Assembly: GCF_006345805.1 (NCBI RefSeq)
Contig: NC_043013.1
Location: 558,001-622,000, forward strand
Origin: Octopus sinensis
Taxonomy: Eukaryota
DNA: 64,000 nucleotides
Reading direction: 5' to 3'
The notes beneath the pieces were generated by a model. That model saw only the letters and a program-made list of their open reading frames with translations. It was not told the DNA's origin and did no database searches. A program made the position numbers and the translations under genes. Below are positions 50,449 through 61,872 of this stretch, piece by piece; positions within the stretch are counted from its first letter, which is position 1; the number at the start of each line of letters is the position of its first letter.

Positions 50449-50677
50449 TTAACCCTTTCATTACTGTATTTCTGTTGAGATGCTCTGTGTTTCTTTCAAT
50501 TATTTTAAATATAACAAAGAATTTAGTAAAATAACTTAGTTATCATTAAGCTAGTGTTAGGAACATAAATTGTGACTAAGGTTTGGTGGAGGATTTTAAT
50601 TCAAAACTTATGAAAACAAGACATTTGTACTACAGAGCCAGAACCGGTTTCAGTCAGGTTGATAATGAAAGGGTTAA
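50449..50677 (+). mobile_element. Family P1 piggyBac-type MITE
   Basis: TTAA TSDs and TIR CCCTTTCATTAC / ATAATGAAAGGG (11/12). Confidence 0.92.
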
Positions 50678-51401
50678 ATGATGTTTTTTAAGAAACATTT
50701 TATTTTCTTTCATTTACAATATTTTAAAGTGATTGTTTGTTTAAACATTCGGTTTTTGAGAATTTAAAATAAAATTGTTGTACTTCTGAGTATTCTCTTT
50801 TCAAAAAATTTATACATTTTTTTACAAGGAAAGATGATACACTTTCATAATATTCTTTATTTTAAGCATTAAAATACAAGCAGAAATTATAATGGTTCAA
50901 GAAAATATGGTTTCCGAAAATACATTTTATTTTCATTCTTTTCTTTCATTTTTTTAAAAGGAAAAATACTATTTAATGTTCTATAATATTCTATATTTAA
51001 ACCTCAATCACTGGATATTGCAAATAAGGAAATAGGTTCCCAAAATAAATTTGAATTTCAGTAACCTTTGTAAATATTTTGAAATAATTATGCAATCTTT
51101 TTAAATAGATTTTATATATATATTTACTCTATTGATAATGTATTGTCATTTCAGTTATTACACACACACAGTGAAGCTTATTAATAATCTTCACACTCTG
51201 ATCTTACACTTTTCTTTTTCTTGATGACTGAGAAAGTCGATTGCTTACCTTGGATGTATCCATACATGAACTCATAAAGGCATGTATACATGTCTTGGAG
51301 CATTTTAAAGAATCACTGATCAATTGGAAACATTGAAACATGTCAGTTATTCCTGTTTACATCTTCATCATGAGCCTGTCCTCAGCTCTCTTCTGATCAT
51401 T

Positions 51402-51520
51402 CAGTTCTATATTCAAAAGATGAGGAATTATGTACATTATTTACATTTGACAGATATTTGTCCTCATCTTTTGGTTAAGAGCTGGGGTTACTAACCCCAA
51501 GATTTGATTCCAGTTAGTGA

Positions 51521-51552
<32 letters not shown>

Positions 51553-51690
51553 TTGAAAAATATCTTAGGAATGAGAACCCAGGTCTGAAATTTCCCCAAG
51601 ACACCTGTTGAAGGCTGGAGGGTAAATCAGGCGAAACGTTAACAAACAAGATGAGGACAAATATCCATCAAATGTAAATAATGCAAATAA
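51402..51690. mobile_element. Hammerhead-bearing SINE (family H) inserted as an inverted composite
   Basis: 13-bp TSD TCTTCTGATCATT at 51389-51401 and 51691-51703. 51402-51470 is the 3' tail on the minus strand, and 51471-51690 is head, body and mutated hammerhead on the plus strand. Confidence 0.85.
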
Positions 51691-54600
51691 TCTTCTGATC
51701 ATTGTTTTTCTCTTATGTCATCCAAGACTTGTTTTGTTGTGGAAAACCTGTATGAAAGGGTTTTATGATGTATCTGCATGAACTGGGAGCCTGGTTTCTG
51801 ACATTTTTCTCTCAATTGGTGCACCATCACCTCCAGATTATGTAGCAGAAAGGAGACCTCATTGATAAAAACACAGAAATTGTGTTCAGGCTTTATATAA
51901 ATTATTTAAAAATTAATGCTTCTTTCCAACATTTGGCAGCAATTCCCAGTCAAACTTATTGAATGGGGGCAAAGCATGAAATACATTCTATGAACTCAGA
52001 TTGTTAATTTGTGCTGGTCTGCCAGCACATTTGTGCCATTTATATTACAGGTATTCTCATAATTTTGATTGCAGCAGTCTTTTATATTAATGAAATTATC
52101 AAGGTAAATTCCCTAACTTACTCGATGACTTTCCATATCCCCAAACTTCTCAAACCTTTTAAACAGTCCAGATGGTAAAAACAGCATAGAACCAAAGTTG
52201 GTTGGTTCACACGAGGCAATATATGCATTAGAATCCGAGGAAACAGAATAATACTTTGTTCTCTCACTTCACAGATAATGTGTTGTAGTATGCTGGATTT
52301 AATCAGATTAATAAATTCTTATGTTGTTTTGGATACGATTTCTATCAACTAGATTTGATTTCATGAGTGTTTATATATTCTGTCAGAAAAGAATTGGTGT
52401 TGGCCAAAGAGCATTCTTCAATAATTCCTATTATGAGCAGATCCACCATCATAAAACAAACAAACCTTTAAAAAACAATTTTACAATTTCAATTATTCCC
52501 TCTACAAGTGTGTGCCAATATTTTTGCTTTTGTGCATAAACCGTGAGAATAGCATTTATCTATGTGAAGTGATGTTGACCACACAGATTCCTTGCATTTT
52601 TCTTGTCATTAAACTTTTTCCAGTAAGCTATGAATAACCTCAGGTCATAACAATATCATATGGAAAACAAAATAGGTTTTGTTTATTTTCTGAATTACTA
52701 ATTTCTTGCAAGTTGCTTGTTTGTAGAGTTATGAACATGTGTGAAAAAAAAAAAAATTTTTTTAAAGTGCCTTCAGTTCTTTTTATTATCAAATGGTTGA
52801 AAAGAAGCCACTGTTAGCATATTGCTTCTTACGGTTCTCCATTGGATTCACAAATACCAATATCACAAGAGCACTTGTTCTTTTCACTTACTGTATCACA
52901 TTCAATAAATGAATGGCTGCTGGCTGTTGCTGGGTGCTTTCTGCCACATTAGCACTGGTTGTTTCCATGATTTCCAGCTTCCACCATCATCTTCTTCACG
53001 AGTGGCATAATATTCTGTTAATTTACATGATTCCAATCTCTATAGCTGGTCTCTTCTTTTCTTCATTCACTTTGCATTTTGCGTTTTCAAAAGAGTAAGG
53101 ATGTTCAATAGCTCCAGCTCTATTGCTCATTGCTAACTGTAATGGAGAAAAAATATTTCATTTAAATAAGTATTTGAAACCAAATAGTTTATGTAAATAA
53201 ACATGGTAGTACAGAGACAAACCAAGGCTGCATATGACAAAGGCAGCAATTACAAAATGAGAAATGCCATATTTAAAAACATGGCAGGAAGTGGGGAGTC
53301 TTTGATATGTGTTCAAGTAAAATAAGGCTTAAGTTTATTAATTGCACAGCTGGTCTCTGTGTCCAGTTAAGTCTTGGTTTAGCATGAAAATTGATGCACG
53401 TTTTAAAGAACACAATGTACTAATTAAAATTTTTTTATTGAGATCTTTATTCAATATTTGCTCTTCCCAGTTTTATTATAGTTGTATTTAATTTACATTT
53501 TCTACAATATCTCTAAGTCAAGTCAATTTTTGTGTATCAGTATTGTGTGTATCTTCAAGTTTACAAGGCTATCAACATCAAAAACCAATCTGTATACTTT
53601 CTTATTAGACATCAGACATCCTATGCAAGAGTTTATAAATAGGTAAACTTGACCTTGAAGAATCTAAGCATTCAAACACAGCGTTCAGAAAGAGCTACAT
53701 GACTCTTTGTTCCGAACATTAAACTTAATAATCCATCAACTCACAAAACAGGATATAATATATTTTGTTAATGAATCATTGCAAATGACAGTCTTTAAGC
53801 AGACTTAATCTAGAATGAAATTAACTTGACGAGCAAACATTCCTGTTTAATTTTCTGTTTTCATTATATTGCTGTTAAGTGTCAGGCAACATTTCCCCAA
53901 AATAAATGGTTCTGCTTTTCTACAATGTTCCTTTGTTCAGTGACTTTCTTGAATATTTTTTCTTTGCAATAAACCAAATGAAATTTAGTGACATTGGACT
54001 TTGTTTTTCAGCAGTCAAGCCAGTGTAAGACCCATGTTTTAGCTGTTACGGTTTATTGGTTAATTGAAACAAAATTTGATGTTGTCTTATGGTTCATGTA
54101 ATTTCTCACCGTTTCTTCTATTATACTCCGATAACCTTGTTACTGCTAATTACACATACTTCTATGTAAACGATACCATGCTTCACTCATTAACATTCCA
54201 CAGACAGGCCCCACCAATATACATTGTAGAGGCATTCCACAAGACTAGCACTGCTTCCATGAAAGAGACTTTGAAAATATTAACAATCTGCAACAGCATC
54301 CTTGTTACACATTGAGGAAAGAATCTTGTCTGCCGTTTTTCCTTTGCATAAATTCTGACCCTCGCCAACTTGTTACAGATGCTCTGTAAACAATCTGTTA
54401 CATGTCAAATGTTTTCAACTATTGCACTATACGTGTGCTATTTAAAATTTTTGGGGGGACCAAGTCCTAAAATGCCAGTGTTCTAAAGGTACTGCATTGG
54501 TGCATGTGTATCCCTTTGAGTAAAGGGCACTGTGTCTGTCAATTTTAGTTATTAAACAATTTTAATGCTCAGTTTTTATATAATAAAACATTTAAAAAGC

Positions 54601-54794
54601 TGATGGTCTAACTCGACACTTTATTCATTGTGCCATGATATTACCATTCTATGCTAACTTTACATAAGTAATGCTGCCAAAGCTGTATTCCAAAGACTAG
54701 GCCTTTGCTTATGGAAATACCGAAGTCGTGGTTGAATATTTCCTGAAGGTTCAAGTGTTAATCACATAATGAGCAATGTTCTTAATATTCTTTC

Positions 54795-55260
54795 TATGTA
54801 GGCAGAAGGCCTGAAATTTTGGGGGTCTGTGGCAGGTCGATTACATTGACCCCAATGCTCAACTGCTACATATTTCATTGACCCTGAAAAGATGAAAGGC
54901 AAAAGTCAACCTCAGCAGAATTTGAACTCAGAACATGAAAATGAAACGCCACTAAGCTTTTTGTCTGGCATGCTACCAATTCTGCCAGCTTTCCACTGAA
55001 AATCACTCTAGACTTACTTTCCTTCATTATTACAACCACTCACTTGAATAAACAGCAACAATACTTTCTACTTTAGGCACAAAGCTTGAAATTTCAGGGG
55101 CAGGGACTAGTTGATTACATCACTGGCATTTAATTTATTGACCCCAAAAGAATGAAAGGCAAAGTCTACCTTGGCAGAATTTGAACTCAGAATGTAAAGA
55201 CGGGTGAAATGCCACTAAGCATTTCACCTTGCTTGCTAACAATTCTGCCAGCTCATCGCC

Positions 55261-55295
<35 letters not shown>

Positions 55296-55300
55296 TAATA
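54795..55300 (-). mobile_element. Two tandem family D SINEs followed by (TAA)n
   Basis: 54795-54985 and 55060-55262 share gatgaaaggcaaa..cagaatttgaactcagaa. Confidence 0.8.
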
Positions 55301-55565
55301 ATAAAGTGCATGAAAGGTAAATTATAGTTGATACGTGTCTAGTGTATTGTTACTGATATTGTAATGGATAAACTGTACTAATGTGTAATTTAGTTTATTG
55401 CTAGTAAAGCTGTTTGTTTCACATAATTGTACTAACTGATTATATTGTAGTTGACTAATGTAGTAACGCTTTCATGTCTTTCACTCCAAAGCACTAGTAG
55501 GTACTTCTGTGTACTAATATAAAAGATCTGCTGTAACACTAAAGACTGGTTACTTTTCCTTTCAG

Positions 55566-55683
55566 ATGAAAGATCGTGTTGTAAACAAGTTACCCCCACG
55601 ATCACCGGACCCTCATGAAAAGCTTCTCATCGAAATCAGATCTCAACCAAAACTTCGCCCAATCAAAGAAGGAAAAGTCTTGG
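55566..55683 (+). CDS. Spire: Spire exon, linker + WH2-D: MKDRVVNKLPPRSPDPHEKLLIEIRSQPKLRPIKEGKVL
   Basis: ttcag acceptor, gtaatt donor, 118 nt, phase 0/1. Contains the HE.LL.EI...KLRP WH2 motif. Confidence 0.93.
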
Positions 55684-55774
55684 GTAATTATTGAGGTTTA
55701 TCATATTTCTGATTTCCAGGCACGTTTTGGAAAGACTCTATTAAGTATCGTTAATTTTAGGTTCCATATGTGTC

Positions 55775-56770
55775 TTTTATCCAGTCACTGGACTGTAGCC
55801 ATGCTGGAGCACTTCCTCAAAGGGTTTGGTTGAACAAATTAATCCCAGGACTTTTTTCAAGAATAAGTCTGGTACTTATTTCTATGAGACTCTAAAAGGA
55901 TGTAAACAAGCCAACACCAGTTGTTGAGCAGTAGATTGGAGACGAAACCAGACACAGACATGTGAACACTTGTTTATATCATCATCATCATCATTTAACA
56001 TCCATTTCCCATGCTGGTATGGGTTAGAAGGCTTGACAAGAGCTGGCAAGGTCAGAAGACTGCACCAAGCTTTATTGTCTGTTTTGGCCTGGTTTCTACA
56101 GGTGGATGCCCTCCCTAGTGCCAACTACTTGGAGTTGGTTGCTTTTTATGTGGCACCAGCATCAGTGAGGTCACCAACTAACTTAAGACTCCTCAACTGA
56201 GTTGGGGGAATAGAATTGAGGGGCGGGTGTATGGCTTTGTGTCAGGTAAGAGGCTACAGTATGAATAAAGGGACAAATAGGGGTCTTACAGAAGAAGCAA
56301 TACATGTCTACCTCAGCAGGAGAGAGAGAGAGAGAGAAGATGGTGAAGATGTAATAGGGGAGGGGGGAAGTGGTGTAAGGATTTTTGATAGGGTGAAGGG
56401 GCAGGTAAATTCACAAGATTGCAAAAAGAGAATGGGAAGTTGAGGGGAGGACATGCTGTAAGGAAGAGATTCAACAGGGAAGCTGAAGGGAAGATGGGAT
56501 GTAGGGGCAGGGGATTTGTCAGGGATGGATTGTAGGTGAGGTGGGGGGGGACACGACCATAAAGGACATGTCTTTATGGCCTCAATTTTACTTAAGTGGA
56601 CAGGTCTTCTCAAGTACACACACACACTCGATGGGTTTCTGTCTCCTAAAGTTACAAGGCATTGGCTAAGCTGGGGCTATTATAGAAGACACTTACCTAA
56701 GGTGCCATGCAGTGGGACTGAACCTGGAAATCTGTGATTGTGAAGTGAAATTCTTAACTATGTAGCCATA
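55775..56770 (-). mobile_element. Family B/C SINE hosting a nested family A3 element (55978-56570)
   Basis: C module 55775-55955, B head 56625-56770, with the A3 core and G/A-rich segment between them. Confidence 0.72.
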
Positions 56771-57654
56771 AGTTTTCCATTTCAAAATTTATTTCTTGAA
56801 GATAATGGAGCAGTGCTCTTGGCCACCTGTTAAATGAGATGAGATGAGTCTAATCTATTTATTTCATTTCGTTAATGGTTGATAAGAGGATTGTACAAAT
56901 TTCTGAATGTGGAGTCTAAGAAGTTGGTAAGAGGAGAGGCAGATGTATTGAATGGTTTTAGTTGAGTGAGAGCAATAAAGCTTATTGAATTGAAAGGAGC
57001 CAAGGCCATTGTAGTAGCCATGGTAGCAGATGAAACAGCAACTCAGATGATTTATTGATGAGTAGAATGGATTATTTATTGTTTAACAATTTGGAAACCT
57101 GTTCCATTAAGAAAAACATACATTAAACAGGTGAATTTCCCATGAAAATTTAACGAAGTTTCCAGCATGTAAACTACCTGATTTAATCATTTAGATTATA
57201 GTGTTCTCATTGAGAATTTTGCTATGATAAATTTAGATGCAGAGGCAGGGCTCTTTCTGGTATTTACTAAATATATCTGTGTCCTTTCAGCCTGTTGTCT
57301 GCTATATTTGTTTTCAGGTGATATTTGCTTCCAATTCAATTTTCCCAAGTATTTGGACCCTGCTTCTATTAATAAGACCTTGTTAATATTCCAACAACCA
57401 GATTTGTTCAAAGCCTCCCTGGACCTCAAGTGGCCTGAACTCTTTACATGAACACCACCCTGTACTTAACTCCATGTCCCCCTACATGGCCTTGCTATTT
57501 GCTTTTGAGCCAAATTAACTAACTAACTAACTACATTTGTCATTAGAATGTGAAGGATTTATTCATCCCCAAATAAACAGGTTTATTCTATAAACGGTCC
57601 CTATATTTTAGGGCATGCTTTGCTGATCTTCTCTGAAAAACATTCTAACATTGT

Positions 57655-58450
57655 CATTGTTTGATTTCCACTTTCCGTGCTAGCATGGGTTGGAAGGTTT
57701 GACTGAGGGCTGGCAAGCCAGGAGGCTGCACCAGGCTCCAATCTGATCTGGCAAGGTTTCTACACCTGGATACCCTTCTTAATGCCAACCACTCCGAGAG
57801 TGTAGTGGGTGCTTTTTACGTGCCACTAGCATGAGGGCCAGTCAGATAGTACTGGCATTATCCACACTTGAATGCTGCTTTTTATGTGCCACTGGCATGG
57901 GAGCCAGTCAAGCAGCACTGAGTTTAAAATAATTTTATCTTTCAAAGGCCTTTTCTTTTTTAATATTCAGATGAGTTCCAGTAAGGGCCAATATTTAATT
58001 GAAAGGTTTCATTTGCTCTTTAAAACTGTAATACTGATGATCTAGTGAGGGAGCCTTTTGTTCTGTTTACTCAACCTGCTAGAAATTGATAAATAACCCT
58101 CAAATTACATGTTATCATGAGGTAGGACACACATTGCATGATGTAGTCCTACCTACACTACACTTTAAAGATAAGAATAGTCGTCATCATCATTTAACGT
58201 CTGTTGTCCATGGGTTGGACGGTTTGACCAGGGCTGGTAAGCTGGAAGGCTGCACCAGGTTCCAGTCTGATTTGGCCTGGTTTCTACGACTGGATGCCCT
58301 TCCTAATGCCAACATCTCCAAGAGTGTAATGGATGCTTTTATGTGCCACCTGCATGGGTGTTATTTGTGCAACATGAATATCTGCTATGACTGGGATTTT
58401 GCTTGGCTTGACCGGTCTTCTTCTCAAGCACAGCATAATGCCAAACCTGA
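57655..58450 (-). mobile_element. Two family A elements (57655-57920 and 58183-58450) with a family F copy between them
   Basis: Core motif ctggat(g/a)ccct(t)c(c/t)taatgccaac in both. Confidence 0.8.
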
Positions 58451-60358
58451 TGCTGAATAATAACCATTTTGGTTAATACTGCTTCTTGTCCTCATATTTT
58501 CCCTATAACACCTGTAATAAGGCATTTTCAGATCTTCAAAGTGTGTACTTTCTCACCTTGTTAAATTACTTTTTTTGCATCCTTGATTCCCATTTAACCC
58601 ACTTGAGGGTGTAGCCACATTGAAACTACTTCAGGTGCAGGGATAAAAAAGAAAATTCCACCTCTTTGTCCAGTTTCATCTGGAATCTTCTTGACCATCA
58701 AAATGATTTCCCCAACATTGGATGCAGTATTCTTGACAGAATCCCATTTTACTTGGAACTTACCATTGCAAACTTTGTCTCTGTGAAATTACACATACTC
58801 TACCAAGTTTCACTATCCATTAATGGGGAGAATAAACTTACTATATCTAATTAAGCATAACTTATTTACAACAAAATTATTTTTATATTAAATGATTACA
58901 CAATTGGTGAATAAGAAAATCAGAAGTAAAGGGAGACAATTGAAAGTAAAAATAGTGACTTCCCTTGCAGCTTTGATTTCCTTTGTGCAGTTTTAGTGAA
59001 TGGAAAATCAAGTTTTTGAAAATGATTTCAATATTCATTTGTTATATTCTATATTTGTTTGAGTCATTAATTTGGTTGTGAATGTGTTTATTTAAATTTC
59101 ATTGGATCAAATACATTGTATATTATTTTGTCTTTTGGTGGAAGGCAATATTTCAACTGATGCAGTTCTTTAAAGACTTGTATTTTTACGTTCTCTGTAA
59201 GCTTCTTCTGTTATAAGTTCAGTATTTTACCATAGTATTTTGTATGATATTGTAATATTTTTATTATTTAAACCTTCTAAAGACAAAACTTACAAAAGCT
59301 AGAGTGAAGAAGCTAATTTTTAAGAAATACAAAAATAAGGATGTTGAAAAGAGATTCATAATACAGTTGTAAAAAAAAAATATTTCCACAAACAAAATTT
59401 TATTCTAGAAGAGATTGACCTTCCCCACTTTCAAGTACAAACATGGTCAACTTGTATAATATGGATGTGAGTGACAGCGTTTAGAGTGGTATTCTAATTC
59501 AGTGAAGATAAACAATGTGTGTGTGTGTACTTAGATTTGAAAATGTTCATTATGTACAGGTTTGGATATGACATTCAGACGGAAGAGTTTAATTTACAAC
59601 ATTCATAAAACAAGATTCGAATGAAAGTTTGTTGTGGAAGTGGTGCTGTTCACAGGAATGTGTTAGAAAAGTCAGCTTGCCAGTTTATTTCATGTGTTCC
59701 AGAAAGCCAAGTTCTATGTAGTGTGAACAACTAATGTTGTTGAGAATCTGGTAGAAGAGAGATACAGCAATTAAGATCTTGTTTCAATTGATATGAGTCT
59801 TGCATTCAAACTAACTAAAACAAGAGAAGGAAATGACCAGTTTTGTGGATTCTTTGCTCTGGCTGAGTTTTGTGGGAGAAAGAAATAGGATGTTTGAATC
59901 TCATGTGTAAAACCAATGCATGGTGTAGAGGTATGACTGGCCTCTCTGCCAATTCCTTATTCTGGCTGAGATCTGCCAGAGAGAGACAGAGAGAGAGTAC
60001 AGCTTTGACTTGTATTTATCCACCCAGTGCATGACTGAATGGTATTGGTCCCAATTAGTGAAAAATACTGAACAACTAAACCAGTTGCTAAAGGTTGGTA
60101 GCTTAGACCAATAATTGTATAAAAGTTAAAACTAGTCTATATATTTCATACATGGGCTATTTGAAAGTTAAAAGAAAATATTAATGAAATAAGGTCATCA
60201 GTTTGGAGGACAGGTGTCATTGATTGAATCAACCATAGAAGAAAACTGTATAGTTATTAAATTATAAAAGGGATATCCTTTCTCCTCCTGTGCAAATTTT
60301 ATTTGAGGATGTTTGTTGCTAGATAAACAAGATATGAGAAATATGTTTCTATTCCCAG

Positions 60359-60468
60359 TTGAAACATCTCGTACTAAACTGAATATCGATGATGAGGAAG
60401 AGAGTCCTTTACCTGTACGCAAAGTTATAAAACCAGATTTCAACCTGATTCTTGACAACAGTTTTGAG
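60359..60468 (+). CDS. Spire: Spire exon: (V)ETSRTKLNIDDEEESPLPVRKVIKPDFNLILDNSFE
   Basis: cccag acceptor, gtaagt donor, 110 nt, phase 1/0, open and in frame. RKVIKPD..L..D.S resembles the Spire RK.L.A..L..LDS region. Confidence 0.82.
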
Positions 60469-60654
60469 GTAAGTGATGTCTAAATTGTACTGGTTTGTAT
60501 CCTTTTCATTACAATTTCCATATTTTTTTTTTTAACTATGTGATACTCAGGTAAGGTAAGGTAATATAGCTATAATTATAATCCCCCATGTATCAAGTAT
60601 TTTAACTAGAAATAAATATGAAGTAAAGAAGAGTAAAACAATATTAATCAATAA

Positions 60655-61870
60655 TACACCATCCGGTCGTGGCCGTTCGCCAGCCTTATCTAGCACCTGT
60701 GTCGGTGACACATAAAAACACCTTCCGAAGACCCGGACCCGGCAAGACTAGTCAGGCCATAACCCATGGCCCCTACCTGGGACGTAGTCAGTCCACCTGT
60801 GCATACCTTCCTTCTTGTGACACTTGTGAAGACCTGTTGAGGCAAGTGAAAATCAGATCAAAACAAATCAAAATAGATGAACATCAATGGAATCTATATC
60901 TTTGTGGTACCGGTGGCACACACTTTGTGGTACCAGTGCCGGTGGCACACAAGAGAACCATCCGAACGTGGCCGTAGCCAGTTCCACATCGACCGGCCTC
61001 CGTGCTGTGGGCACGTAACAAACACCATCCTTCATGGCCGTTCGCCGGCCTCATCTGGCACCTGTGTCGGTGGCACATAAAAACACCTTCCGAAGACCCG
61101 GCAAGACTAGTCAGTCCACCTGTGCATACCTTCCTTCTTGTGACACTTGTGAAGACCTGTTGAGACAAGTGAAAATCAAAACAAATCAAAATAGATGAAC
61201 ATCAATGGAATTTGTATCTTTGTGGTGCCGGTGCCGGTGGCACGTGGCACATAAGAAAACCATCCGAGCGTGGCCGTAGCCAGTACCGCATCGACTGGCC
61301 TCCGTGCTGTGGCACGTAACAAGCACCATCCGATCGTGGCCGTTTGCCAGCCTCATCTGGCACCTGTGTCGGTGGCACATAAAAACACCATCCGAGCGTG
61401 GCCGTCTGCCAGCCTCGTCTGGCACCTGTGTCGGTGGCACATAAAAACACCATCCGAGCGTGGCCGTCTGCCAGCCTCGTCTGGCACCTGTGTCGGTGGC
61501 ACATAAAAACACCATCCGAGCGTGGCCGTCTGCCAGCCTCGTCTGGCACCTGTGTCGGTGGCACATAAAAACACCATCCGAGCGTGGCCGTCTGCCAGCC
61601 TCGTCTGGCACCTGTGTCGGTGGCACATAAAAAACACCATCCGAGCGTGGCCGTTTGCCAGCCTCGTCTGGCACCTGTGTCGGTGGCACATAAAATCACC
61701 CACTACACTCTCGGAGTGGTTGGCGTTAGGAAGGGCATCCAGCTGTAGAAACACTGCCAGATCTGACTGGACTGGTGCAGCTTTCGGGCTCCCCAGACCC
61801 CAGTTGAACCGTCCAACCCATGCTAGCATGGAAAGCGGACGTTAAATGATGATGATGATGATGATGATGA
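60655..61870 (+). mobile_element. Long young family A element: 2 higher-order monomers + 6 x 62-bp VNTR + core + (GAT)n
   Basis: Monomers at about 60656-61023 and 61024-61322, VNTR 61319-61691, core 61692-61846. Confidence 0.9.
61319..61691 (+). repeat. 62-bp tandem repeat, 6 units (4 identical, starting at 61381, 61443, 61505 and 61567)
   Basis: aaaaacaccatccgagcgtggccgtctgccagcctcgtctggcacctgtgtcggtggcacat. Confidence 0.97.
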
Positions 61871-61872
61871 AT

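Noticed and set aside
59560-60110. Alternative exon or first exon before 60359
   Set aside because: Candidate frames hit a stop or end in phase 0/2, whereas phase 1 is needed.
60497-60505. U12-type donor GTATCCTTT
   Set aside because: Use would read through an in-frame TAA, there is no U12 branch site before 63566, and roughly one chance hit is plausible in 64 kb of AT-rich DNA.
60830-60856. Hammerhead-like CTGTTGAG..GTGAAA in the family A monomer (also ~61155-61178)
   Set aside because: A6 is U and stem II cannot pair.
61319-61691. CRISPR-like array (62-bp hairpin repeats); also 45201-45334
   Set aside because: The units are directly adjacent with no unique spacers, there are no cas genes, and the context is a eukaryotic intron.
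60669-61845. Long Cys/His-rich ORFs (100-167 aa) on both strands; similar at 35966-36479 and 16645-16995
   Set aside because: They are translations of the family A VNTR and core, open in several frames because the repeat is GC-rich.
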